Position numbers and translations under genes: made by a program | Shown here: one piece after another, positions 56,198 to 64,000 of the stretch | How positions within the stretch are numbered: the stretch's first letter is position 1 | Layout of the letters: each line of letters starts with the position of its first letter | The notes under the pieces: generated by a model | The model's input: only the letters and a program-made list of their open reading frames with translations | Databases searched by the model: none | What the model was told of the DNA's origin: nothing | Source: an uncultured virus (IMG/VR IMGVR_UViG_3300026185_000029) | Lineage: Duplodnaviria > Heunggongvirae > Uroviricota > Caudoviricetes | DNA length: 64,000 nt | Strand: one strand, 5' to 3' | IMG/VR virus record: IMGVR_UViG_3300026185_000029

Positions 56198-56398
56198 ATG
56201 AAAACTAACATCTGGCAGATTAGTATTGGTTACTACGATAACCATAGATGGGTTTATCCTCACACTGTGGAAGTAATATTACCTGTCGAAGGTTCCGAAC
56301 AAGGATATACCAAGGCTGGTAAAATAGTTAGAGAGTTATATCCTAATTGTGTAATTTACAGTTATACAAGGAAACCCACTAATAGAATAAGTCTCTAA
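56198..56398 (+). CDS. Hypothetical protein
   Basis: 66 aa, AAGGG RBS. Confidence 0.55.
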   Translation: MKTNIWQISIGYYDNHRWVYPHTVEVILPVEGSEQGYTKAGKIVRELYPNCVIYSYTRKPTNRISL

Positions 56399-56427
56399 TA
56401 GGAGCAGAAAGAGGAGTTTAGATAATT

Positions 56428-56622
56428 ATGAAAAATTTAATTTTTAAATGTAATTGGAATTTTGATCCCGAGCGGGACAAATATTTATTAGAAGAATACT
56501 GTCGATTTGCTCTATTATCCTATTGTTTTGAGGAAGAACAGCGAGAACAAGTAGAATCTTTATTAGATGTTCATAAAGGAACATCTATACAGATTTCTAT
56601 ACTAGTAGGGGATGATGCTTAA
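56428..56622 (+). CDS. Hypothetical protein (paralogue of 54204)
   Basis: High identity to 54204; GAGGAG RBS. Confidence 0.7.
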   Translation: MKNLIFKCNWNFDPERDKYLLEEYCRFALLSYCFEEEQREQVESLLDVHKGTSIQISILVGDDA

Positions 56623-56816
56623 CAGATCTAAATATTTATAAGAGCTGATAAATGTATTAATATTAAGTAATCAATCAGTTCTTATGAATAGTTATGGAAG
56701 AATCGAACAAAGAGAAAGAATTATGTCTATTCAACAATGTGAATTACTAAGCGATTAAATTCTTAGGTAAATCCTTCTAATTAGTAAACAACTCTTAAAA
56801 AGGATTTACCTTTTAT

Positions 56817-56892
56817 CCTCCAGTACCTCAGTTTGGTAGAGGGTTCTATTTATTAAATAGAAATGACGAACGTTCAAATCGTTCCTGGAGGA
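56817..56892 (+). tRNA. tRNA-like gene with extended anticodon arm (identity unclear)
   Basis: CCTCCAG/CTGGAGG, normal D and T arms, TTCTATTT-ATT-AAATAGAA. Confidence 0.6.
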
Positions 56893-56924
56893 CTTATTCA
56901 TATTACACAAGGATACATAAATAT

Positions 56925-57230
56925 ATGATTGCTAACTGCTTGTCATACGGTATTGCCCACTCTAGACCTACTTTAGAAAGTATTGAAGCACCTTCTAAAG
57001 AAAAGGTGATTGAAATCTTGAAATACCTGAGTGAATTAAAAAATCCTCGTTGGGATGACTTGTTAGATGCAGGCTATTCTTACAATGATTGCTTGTGGCT
57101 AATGAATAGTTTCATTGAGCGTATCGGGGGTATGGACCCAGTACTTGAAGCTCCTGATGATATAGAAGAAGATGTAGAGGAGTACTACGATTATTTCGTT
57201 GAATACATTAAGAATGAATTCAATTCTTAG
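56925..57230 (+). CDS. Hypothetical protein (tandem paralogue of 57273)
   Basis: LS.GIAH..P.L..IEAPSK...WD.LLDAG...MDP...VEEYYD. Confidence 0.75.
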   Translation: MIANCLSYGIAHSRPTLESIEAPSKEKVIEILKYLSELKNPRWDDLLDAGYSYNDCLWLMNSFIERIGGMDPVLEAPDDIEEDVEEYYDYFVEYIKNEFNS

Positions 57231-57272
57231 TAAATCCAATTCTTAATAAACAGTAAACAGGAGAATTAAGAT

Positions 57273-57596
57273 ATGGTAGCTAAGCGATTATCATTAGGCA
57301 TTGCTCATCCCAACCCGGTATTAGATTATATCGAAGCACCTTCTAAGGATGAACTAAGACGCATTCTTAGCTTTATTGAAGAGAAGGGAGCTACTGGTTG
57401 GGATGAATTATTAGATGCTGGTTTTGAATATCAGCATTTAGTCTGGGTGTATAACTCTTATATCATTGAGACTATCAGAGCTATGGATCCCACTATTGTC
57501 ATAAGAAAAGGTATTGGAGATCTAGACGAGGTAGTAGAAGAGTACTACGATAGTATCGTAGAAAGGATTTCGAAAGAGTTTAAAGAATACTCTTAG
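57273..57596 (+). CDS. Hypothetical protein (tandem paralogue of 56925)
   Basis: Same motifs; AGGAG RBS. Confidence 0.75.
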   Translation: MVAKRLSLGIAHPNPVLDYIEAPSKDELRRILSFIEEKGATGWDELLDAGFEYQHLVWVYNSYIIETIRAMDPTIVIRKGIGDLDEVVEEYYDSIVERISKEFKEYS

Positions 57597-57827
57597 TTAA
57601 TAGTAGGTATCGATGTTACTTAGTTATTAGTAGTTAAGAAATATCAGCTACCTATTCCTGTTAACTGAGCAGGAAACATAAAAGGTATATTAAGAAAGCT
57701 AAAAGGAGTTCCTATACTTTTAAGATTTAAAACTTAAAACTTACTCCTCAGCTTTCTTGTTTTTCATGTTTTTGTTAAAGTTCAATCACTATTGAGCCTA
57801 TGTATTTATATAGGCTCAATAGTTTAT

Positions 57828-57900
57828 CCCCTAGTAGCTCAGTGGTTAGAGCGCCCAACTCATAATTGGGATGTCGAGTGTTCAATTCACTCCTGGGGGA
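57828..57900 (+). tRNA. tRNA with CAT anticodon
   Basis: CCCCTAG/CTGGGGG, CCCAA-CTCATAA-TTGGG, GAGTG-TTCAATT-CACTC. Confidence 0.9.
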
Positions 57901-57979
57901 CTTTCAATTACTCGAATGGAGATTCTGTTCTTATCAATCTATCAAGTCCCCAATCTTTATTAAGGAAATTTTAACTAAA

Positions 57980-58378
57980 ATGGAAGTCAGTCAAATGAAT
58001 GATATTGAATTATTAAAAGCTTATACTGCAGAGCGTGCTTGTGGAGATATTCATGGACGAGGTTCTTTTAGTGTAAGGTACGAAACTGAGTTATTAGAAG
58101 AAATAATCTCTCGTGGATTAGGAAACAAAACTATTTGGTGCGTTCTTAATAAAGAAGCGACTGGCACGATAACCTATTTGCAGAGTGATATAGAAACAGA
58201 GAGGGTTTATTCTAAAGGTACTTACGTACAAGTAGAGTTACGTGACCCTAAAATCTGTCTTGATGAGGACGGGGATGGTTTCATAAATTTTAAGAAAGAG
58301 GACTTAGAAGAAGTGTTAGTTGATATTGACGATCCCCCTTCCGATTGGAATGGGGAGACTGCTCTGTTTCAAGGCTAA
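57980..58378 (+). CDS. Hypothetical protein
   Basis: Likely ATG 57980; the track start overlaps the tRNA. Confidence 0.65.
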   Translation: MEVSQMNDIELLKAYTAERACGDIHGRGSFSVRYETELLEEIISRGLGNKTIWCVLNKEATGTITYLQSDIETERVYSKGTYVQVELRDPKICLDEDGDGFINFKKEDLEEVLVDIDDPPSDWNGETALFQG

Positions 58379-58524
58379 ATTCTAAAGTTATTACTGCATA
58401 GAAGCTAAAAGGAGTTCCTATACTTTTAAGATTTAAAACTTACTCCTCAGCTTCTTTGTGAATACCTAATCTTTGTTGTTTATTTATCAAGTCTATATGA
58501 GATTAATTTTTATATAGACTTGAT

Positions 58525-58770
58525 TTGTTATTACTACTTATGCCCAATTACCAAGACATTAATCTTATATACGCTGAGACCGATATATCTTATTCTCAAT
58601 TTATTATCGATACAGTAGAAGAAGTTTATCTAGATATAAAAGATTGGAATAGAGATGCCCTCCTTAGTAGGATATATTATCTTAATAATGTTTTAGAGAT
58701 AATGGTGCCAGGAAAGGATAAGCAATTACTTATTCGTCTTATATCCGCATTAGAACCTCAAAAGAATTAA
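58525..58770 (+). CDS. Hypothetical protein
   Basis: Short ORF. Confidence 0.45.
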   Translation: MLLLLMPNYQDINLIYAETDISYSQFIIDTVEEVYLDIKDWNRDALLSRIYYLNNVLEIMVPGKDKQLLIRLISALEPQKN

Positions 58771-58774
58771 TGGA

Positions 58775-58806
58775 GATGTCGAATCTTCAATTCACTCCTG
58801 GAGGAC
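58775..58806 (+). repeat. Imperfect duplication of the 3' end of tRNA 57828
   Basis: GATGTCGAATCTTCAATTCACTCCTGGAGGAC vs GATGTCGAGTGTTCAATTCACTCCTGGGGGAC. Confidence 0.75.
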
Positions 58807-58817
58807 TAAAAGTTTAG

Positions 58818-59114
58818 TTGAATATATTAAAGATTATGGATAGTCAAACAGATTTTACCATTGAGAGAAATGATGGACTTATAGTACTTTTTGTAAATAG
58901 TGATCTACCTCCTCATGAAATAATTCCTCTTGATGCTTATATCTACAAGGGTGGGGATACGGTTCTTAGGTTATGTGAGGTTGTATATCTTCAAGAAGGG
59001 AAAATAAAACATAAAGTATTGAGGCTTATCCCTTTTAATATTAAGCCAGGGGCACATTCAAATATTAAACTTGTTTGTGATAGTCAAAAACCGTTATTTC
59101 AATTTATCCAGTAA
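58818..59114 (+). CDS. Hypothetical protein
   Basis: 98-aa ORF. Confidence 0.5.
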   Translation: MNILKIMDSQTDFTIERNDGLIVLFVNSDLPPHEIIPLDAYIYKGGDTVLRLCEVVYLQEGKIKHKVLRLIPFNIKPGAHSNIKLVCDSQKPLFQFIQ

Positions 59115-59237
59115 ATACATTTGCTAAGGAAGGTCTCTAACAGCACTCTAATTCTCATTGAATATATAAATTGAGGTCTATTTAAACGTAGTTATCAATT
59201 ACTTATCTTATCAATAGATTTTGGGTCTGTATCTTTA

Positions 59238-61211
59238 TTAAGATAAATGGGCCCCTACTAACTTGATACTTCTTCCTAATCTGGGGATGCAATATTCATC
59301 TACTGCCTTTTGCATCTCCTCTACTACATTGTCTTCTAAGGCTTTTATGGTTAACCCATCATGTTGCCATAAGATCGGTACATACGAGTGATGGGTCTTA
59401 ATTATCATATAGGAGATTATAGATACTTCTATAGATTGCAGGATGCCCGCTATTACTGTTAACATATTCCCTTCATCCTTTTTCATAACACCAGTCTTCT
59501 TATCTCTTCCTAGATTACGGAACTTACGGGCGACAATCTGTTCCCCTGTAGGTAAGGTGATACGTTTCCCATCAAACTCCTTAGTTAACCATCTGAATAA
59601 ACTTCTTACTTCTCTATAGAACGGACTTGATATAAATACTTTCACAATTGCTTCATATTCCTCCTTGGAGAGAACTGAATCAGGATGGTGGTTGTTATAT
59701 GTATTGACCGCTTTTTGATACGCTTTCGTACCTCCTCCTAAGAATGTTGCATGATGCATCGCTTTAATTAAACTTTTATGGAACTTGACTCCCGCTTCCT
59801 TATATAGCTCTTCATATGCAGACCATAAGGATCCTTTAGAAAGATGAGCCTCTAGACTGGGTAGCTTGTCACCCCATAAGGCTAGGGCAATTTGAGCATG
59901 ACAATTCTCTAAATCGACATCCATGAACCCTAGCCCTTCCATCGCATGTAACCTCATCTCTTTACGACAATAGAATAAGTTATCTACTCCTTGTCCATAT
60001 ACTCTAGGACTGACTTTACTAAGGGTCTTATAAAGGAAAGGTAAAGCTCCTTTGCTATTCATAACAGAGAGTTGACGAGAATCTAAATCGTCAGAAGGAA
60101 CATAGCTTAAGAGATTTAAGCCTAAGGCTTCATTGAAGGTGGATAGGTAAGACGCATGATCGGCGGAGAGGATTAAGGAGGCTTGATGGCGCAAGGCAGA
60201 AGGACTTAAGGTGGTGGGGCCTATAGGGGAAGGGTGAGTAGTAGAGGATTCATAGTTGGAATCAGTGGATAAGGTTTGGGATTGGGTATTAGGAGTATTA
60301 TTAGTGGTATTGGTCTTACCCATATCACTAATATCCTTATTCATATCCATCTCCTCATCTCCTATAGTTCCGTCTTCTTGTTCTATGCCAAATCCCCTTA
60401 CTGTATAGTCCTTTATCTTATGACCTTCTTTAATCAACTTACCCACCAGCATGTTGAATGCTTTCTCTCTCCTTTCTGGTTGTATACCCGGTATAAACTT
60501 CCTAATTGCATCTCTTAGATCCTGTTGAGTTATGCTTACATCCGTTCTGCGTTTAATATCATTAACCACTTCTACGGCTCTTTTCTGGTCTTTTAATGCC
60601 TGATAGGAAGTCGCTTCTAGATTTGCTTCTAACTGGCAGTTCTCTTGAAGTGTTGGGTTGTTAGGATAAAAGTTCTTTATCTTGACTTTAACGATGAAAG
60701 TTTCATCAATCTCGTCATATAAAGTAAAGATATTAGTGGTTATAATCTTATAGATAGCATCTGCAATGTAGCGACTCAAACCTTTTGTTTTCCTGACTTT
60801 AGCTTCTGCTGCTATATTTCTCTTATAGTTTGGCTTACTAATTTCGGCTAATACACCTTGTCCTTTAAGGTCTTGTAGGAATTGAGTAGATCTAAACTTA
60901 CTCCCACTATGCAAAGTCTTTCCTTCTGATATCTTATAAGCTAATTCTGCTGGCATTATAGACCCACCATTTCTATCACTAAATGTGCTAATATTATACT
61001 TAAGAGCATCTGATTTAGATAAACCTTTTTGATTCCACATTATATTAAGGAGAGGGAAGTGAGTAGTATAACCAGCAACAGCTTGTGAACGCTCTTTATA
61101 AGGTTTAGTTTTAGGAACTATATAACCATTATGAATTTCTCTTTTTATAATAGGAGTCTTAAAAGATTTATCGTTAGTATGTTCTGTTCTGATTTTCATA
61201 TTTAATGTCAA
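59238..61211 (-). CDS. Family-A polymerase-like protein with N-terminal extension and T/S/P/N-rich linker, paralogue 4
   Basis: MDVDLENCHAQI (A), KSLIKAMHHATFLGG (B-like), LWQHDGL (C); low-complexity linker KTNTTNNTPNTQSQTLST.. Confidence 0.65.
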   Translation of the reverse strand: MTLNMKIRTEHTNDKSFKTPIIKREIHNGYIVPKTKPYKERSQAVAGYTTHFPLLNIMWNQKGLSKSDALKYNISTFSDRNGGSIMPAELAYKISEGKTLHSGSKFRSTQFLQDLKGQGVLAEISKPNYKRNIAAEAKVRKTKGLSRYIADAIYKIITTNIFTLYDEIDETFIVKVKIKNFYPNNPTLQENCQLEANLEATSYQALKDQKRAVEVVNDIKRRTDVSITQQDLRDAIRKFIPGIQPERREKAFNMLVGKLIKEGHKIKDYTVRGFGIEQEDGTIGDEEMDMNKDISDMGKTNTTNNTPNTQSQTLSTDSNYESSTTHPSPIGPTTLSPSALRHQASLILSADHASYLSTFNEALGLNLLSYVPSDDLDSRQLSVMNSKGALPFLYKTLSKVSPRVYGQGVDNLFYCRKEMRLHAMEGLGFMDVDLENCHAQIALALWGDKLPSLEAHLSKGSLWSAYEELYKEAGVKFHKSLIKAMHHATFLGGGTKAYQKAVNTYNNHHPDSVLSKEEYEAIVKVFISSPFYREVRSLFRWLTKEFDGKRITLPTGEQIVARKFRNLGRDKKTGVMKKDEGNMLTVIAGILQSIEVSIISYMIIKTHHSYVPILWQHDGLTIKALEDNVVEEMQKAVDEYCIPRLGRSIKLVGAHLS

Positions 61212-61327
61212 TGAGAGATTGATTTGTCTCTTTGATGTTTACACCCCTTATTTTAACAGATAATAGTCTGAAAAGAATAAGGGATTTTTCTTATAATTAT
61301 TAAAGTTAACTAAAACAATTCAAATGA

Positions 61328-61663
61328 ATGATAACCCTCTTAAAATCCTTTTTAACTATATTAATAGCAGCAGTAATGGTGTTAGGGGAAGGGATAGGGA
61401 AAGAAGTATTAGGAGAGATTGAGACTCTTATCTTTAATATAGTGACAGAGGATAATCAACCTATACCATGCACTGCTGATAGAGGAGTTGATGGGCAAGT
61501 AAGAATGTATGTTTATCGACTAAATAATGAACAAGTAGAAAGGTTCATTGCTTGTGGCAATGAGATTGGAACATATCCAACGGTTCATTATAGTGATCTG
61601 AATCAACAACAGAAAGATTCAGTAAACTACCATATACTTCCACGTATATTTATAGAGAACTGA
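61328..61663 (+). CDS. Putative exported or membrane protein
   Basis: Hydrophobic N-terminus. Confidence 0.55.
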   Translation: MITLLKSFLTILIAAVMVLGEGIGKEVLGEIETLIFNIVTEDNQPIPCTADRGVDGQVRMYVYRLNNEQVERFIACGNEIGTYPTVHYSDLNQQQKDSVNYHILPRIFIEN

Positions 61664-61766
61664 GAAAAAGAAGTCGTATTTATTTACACAGATACGATTT
61701 AGAAAGTTTTTATTTATAATCAATTATTTATTTATTTATTTACCTAGAAGGTAAAAGGAGTTCAAT

Positions 61767-63614
61767 ATGAATTTGCAATCACTTCTCACCTCTAACAAAG
61801 AATTCACTAACGCCTGTTTAGCATTATTTCAAGCATTACCTGAGCGAGTAGGTCAAGCGAAGCAAACTAAGATCTTACCTGAACAAGGATTAATCTTAGT
61901 ATCTTCTAATATTGAATTATTAGAAGAATGGGTAAAAGAGAATGTTCTATCAGGTCATCAACTAAATAAAACCTTTCACAAGAGTTGGGGTTTAATTAAG
62001 GATAGTTCTAATGAAACATTATTAGTTCAACAAATCCTTCATTACTTCTCCACTTACGGGCTTGAGTCTTTAGGATTAGAAGAACAGATTTGGATTCCTG
62101 CTGAGGAGTTAGAGATTCCTGAGCGATTAAAGTACCGAGTAATCAAAGATAGAGAAATAGAAGAAATCATTAACCGTTGTAAAGAGATGTTAGCTTCAGG
62201 CACTGCTCTTAAGGAATCTACAGTATTTAATATTGTAGAAGTACTTAAAGGATTAGAAGTTGACTTAGCCTCTTTAGAAGTTAACAATAAAGAAGCTCAG
62301 GTACTGGTAGTAGAAGCAACAGGTGATCTTCCTAATAAGGAGGATGAATTATTCCGTTACCTGTTCTATAAAGCTACTGGTGGTTTATTAATGGTTATTA
62401 AAAATAAGGCTTCCTATAGTCTTATTATTAATAATGGATATGAGTTACCAGAATTAACAGAGGAGCAGATCTTAGAGTTAGCTAAAGGATTTAACCGTCG
62501 TAAGCAATTATGGATGTCCTTCAAAAAAGCCAATAAGGGAAATATTAGTTTAGTCAATCGTATTGCGAAGAAGTCTAAAAAGGTCCATAGACCTATGCAG
62601 CCCGATGTGCTCAATACGTTAACTAGTAAAAAATGGCCTATATCTCTTGTTGAAAAGGAAGCTAATAAGGCAGCTATTCCTCGATTAATCAAAGCCGTCA
62701 ATGCTTTAAGATTCTATCAACGAGATGATCGTAATAGAGTCTATAGAGTGAGAAATGGTAAAGCCTTTACTAAAGAGCGGATTAGCAAGCAGCCCTCTTC
62801 ATTAATGGCTTTATATGAAACAACTCTACTCCAGGCATTAAAAGAAAAGCTTGGTATGAGAGTTGTTAAAGCGCCTAATAATATTTCTCTTAAGATCCCA
62901 AGTTCTGAAAAGAACTTTATGGGGCCCATTCCGTTTGGTAGTTCTTTAACTATCGAGATGGATAGGGGGAAGAAGCTATTAGTAGGTATTCATTGGGACT
63001 TTTACAACGGTGACTTAGATTTAAGGGCTGACTCCCGAAATCATTCAGTAGCTTGGAATAAGAGCTACAAGATAGATGAGAATGGTAACACTATTTATCA
63101 TTCAGGAGATCTTGTTAGAGGACCAGCTACAGAATGGCTATGCTTCACTCAAATCAATGAAGTCTTCAGACTTGATGTAAACGGCTATCATAATGCGGAG
63201 GAAGGGGCAGCCTTCAAGATGATAGTTGGTCTAGTAGAGAAAGGGCCTATGCCCGATGATAAGGACCAAAATTACATTATCAATCCAGATGATGTTATTC
63301 TTGAGTTAGATGTAGAGCTCTTATCAAAAGGGACTACTATTGGATTCATTAAGCCTTCCACTAATGATGAAGGACAAAGTTGTATGACTTTGACTTTAGG
63401 AAGTGGAGGAATGAATAACCAAGCAGTAGGAGGAGGTAAAGGTGATTTAGCAATTATTGCTGAGAAGGCAATGGTGAATAGTACCGTGGCTATGTTAGGT
63501 TTACCAGATATCTTTACGTTGACCAATTCTGGTTCATCGGGAGAGGGTTATGTAGATTTATCAGAAGACCTGACAGCTGATAAGGTATTATCGCTAATCA
63601 GTGCTAATGGATAA
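61767..63614 (+). CDS. Large helical (TROVE-like) protein with C-terminal TerD-like domain
   Basis: NKTFHKSW..QILHYFSTYG N-terminus; VGIHW..DLDL..AWN..YHSGD..GPATE TerD-type motifs. Confidence 0.65.
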   Translation: MNLQSLLTSNKEFTNACLALFQALPERVGQAKQTKILPEQGLILVSSNIELLEEWVKENVLSGHQLNKTFHKSWGLIKDSSNETLLVQQILHYFSTYGLESLGLEEQIWIPAEELEIPERLKYRVIKDREIEEIINRCKEMLASGTALKESTVFNIVEVLKGLEVDLASLEVNNKEAQVLVVEATGDLPNKEDELFRYLFYKATGGLLMVIKNKASYSLIINNGYELPELTEEQILELAKGFNRRKQLWMSFKKANKGNISLVNRIAKKSKKVHRPMQPDVLNTLTSKKWPISLVEKEANKAAIPRLIKAVNALRFYQRDDRNRVYRVRNGKAFTKERISKQPSSLMALYETTLLQALKEKLGMRVVKAPNNISLKIPSSEKNFMGPIPFGSSLTIEMDRGKKLLVGIHWDFYNGDLDLRADSRNHSVAWNKSYKIDENGNTIYHSGDLVRGPATEWLCFTQINEVFRLDVNGYHNAEEGAAFKMIVGLVEKGPMPDDKDQNYIINPDDVILELDVELLSKGTTIGFIKPSTNDEGQSCMTLTLGSGGMNNQAVGGGKGDLAIIAEKAMVNSTVAMLGLPDIFTLTNSGSSGEGYVDLSEDLTADKVLSLISANG

Positions 63615-64000
63615 AATACAAATAGGCAAAGGGAGTTCCTAATATTTTTATTGGAATAACTTACTCCCCGCCTATTTGTTCTTAAAAGTTAAAAGGAAGA
63701 TAATGAGAGTATAGATAAAAAGAGTATAGATAAAAAGAGTTCCTATTTATAAGAACAATAAATTACCTTACTCTTCATCTGTACTTTAATACACTTATAA
63801 ATCTTCCTAATAACTTCTAAGAGGGATAGAAAGTAAGAGGCAATTATTATTCTTAGGATCAATATAGAGAGTACAAAATCTACTCCCTGTAGATGTACTT
63901 TCATTTACATTGACCCGAATCAATTTTGTCCATTTGAGAGATAATAATTATACTCTTACTATTCTTCCTATTCTTTATCTAACAAGTAAAATAAGTGAGT

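Noticed and set aside
1..64000. Stop-codon reassignment
   Set aside because: Long genes are intact in the standard code and TAA, TAG and TGA all end genes before clear spacers; only one interrupted ORF was seen

Overview
This 64-kb window looks like the early/accessory arm of a large AT-rich bacteriophage. The host is probably a cyanobacterium, based on the tmRNA tag ANNIVPFARKAAFVVA, a cyanobacterial-type TnpB and a secreted GGTR/GSGTR-repeat peptide. No capsid or tail genes were recognised. (1) Bases 1-6917 form a GC-richer five-gene module bounded by an exact 127-bp direct repeat. It encodes what appears to be a very divergent, split multisubunit RNA polymerase: a clear beta-prime catalytic piece (RNPVL...LHP...GDVDGD) and probable beta pieces. 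Every gene sits behind a hairpin with a conserved loop and a CTTTTTATTGA motif. The rpoB-rpoC-like order is restored only if the module is read as a circle. (2) The rest is about 75 small + strand genes separated by a dense set of structured RNAs. These include 11 canonical tRNAs (7 with anticodon CAT), about 17 tRNA-like elements with intact acceptor/T arms but rebuilt anticodon arms, a tmRNA, a hammerhead ribozyme, a ROOL-like RNA and several repeated covarying RNA families. (3) RNA-handling proteins include a CCA-adding enzyme and two TROVE-like proteins, each followed directly by its own small-RNA family. (4) Four minus-strand paralogues carry family-A polymerase motifs and share upstream elements. 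Other recognised genes are a KilA-N nuclease, TnpB, and HipA-N-like and HicB-like proteins. All family calls are motif recognition by eye; no searches were run.
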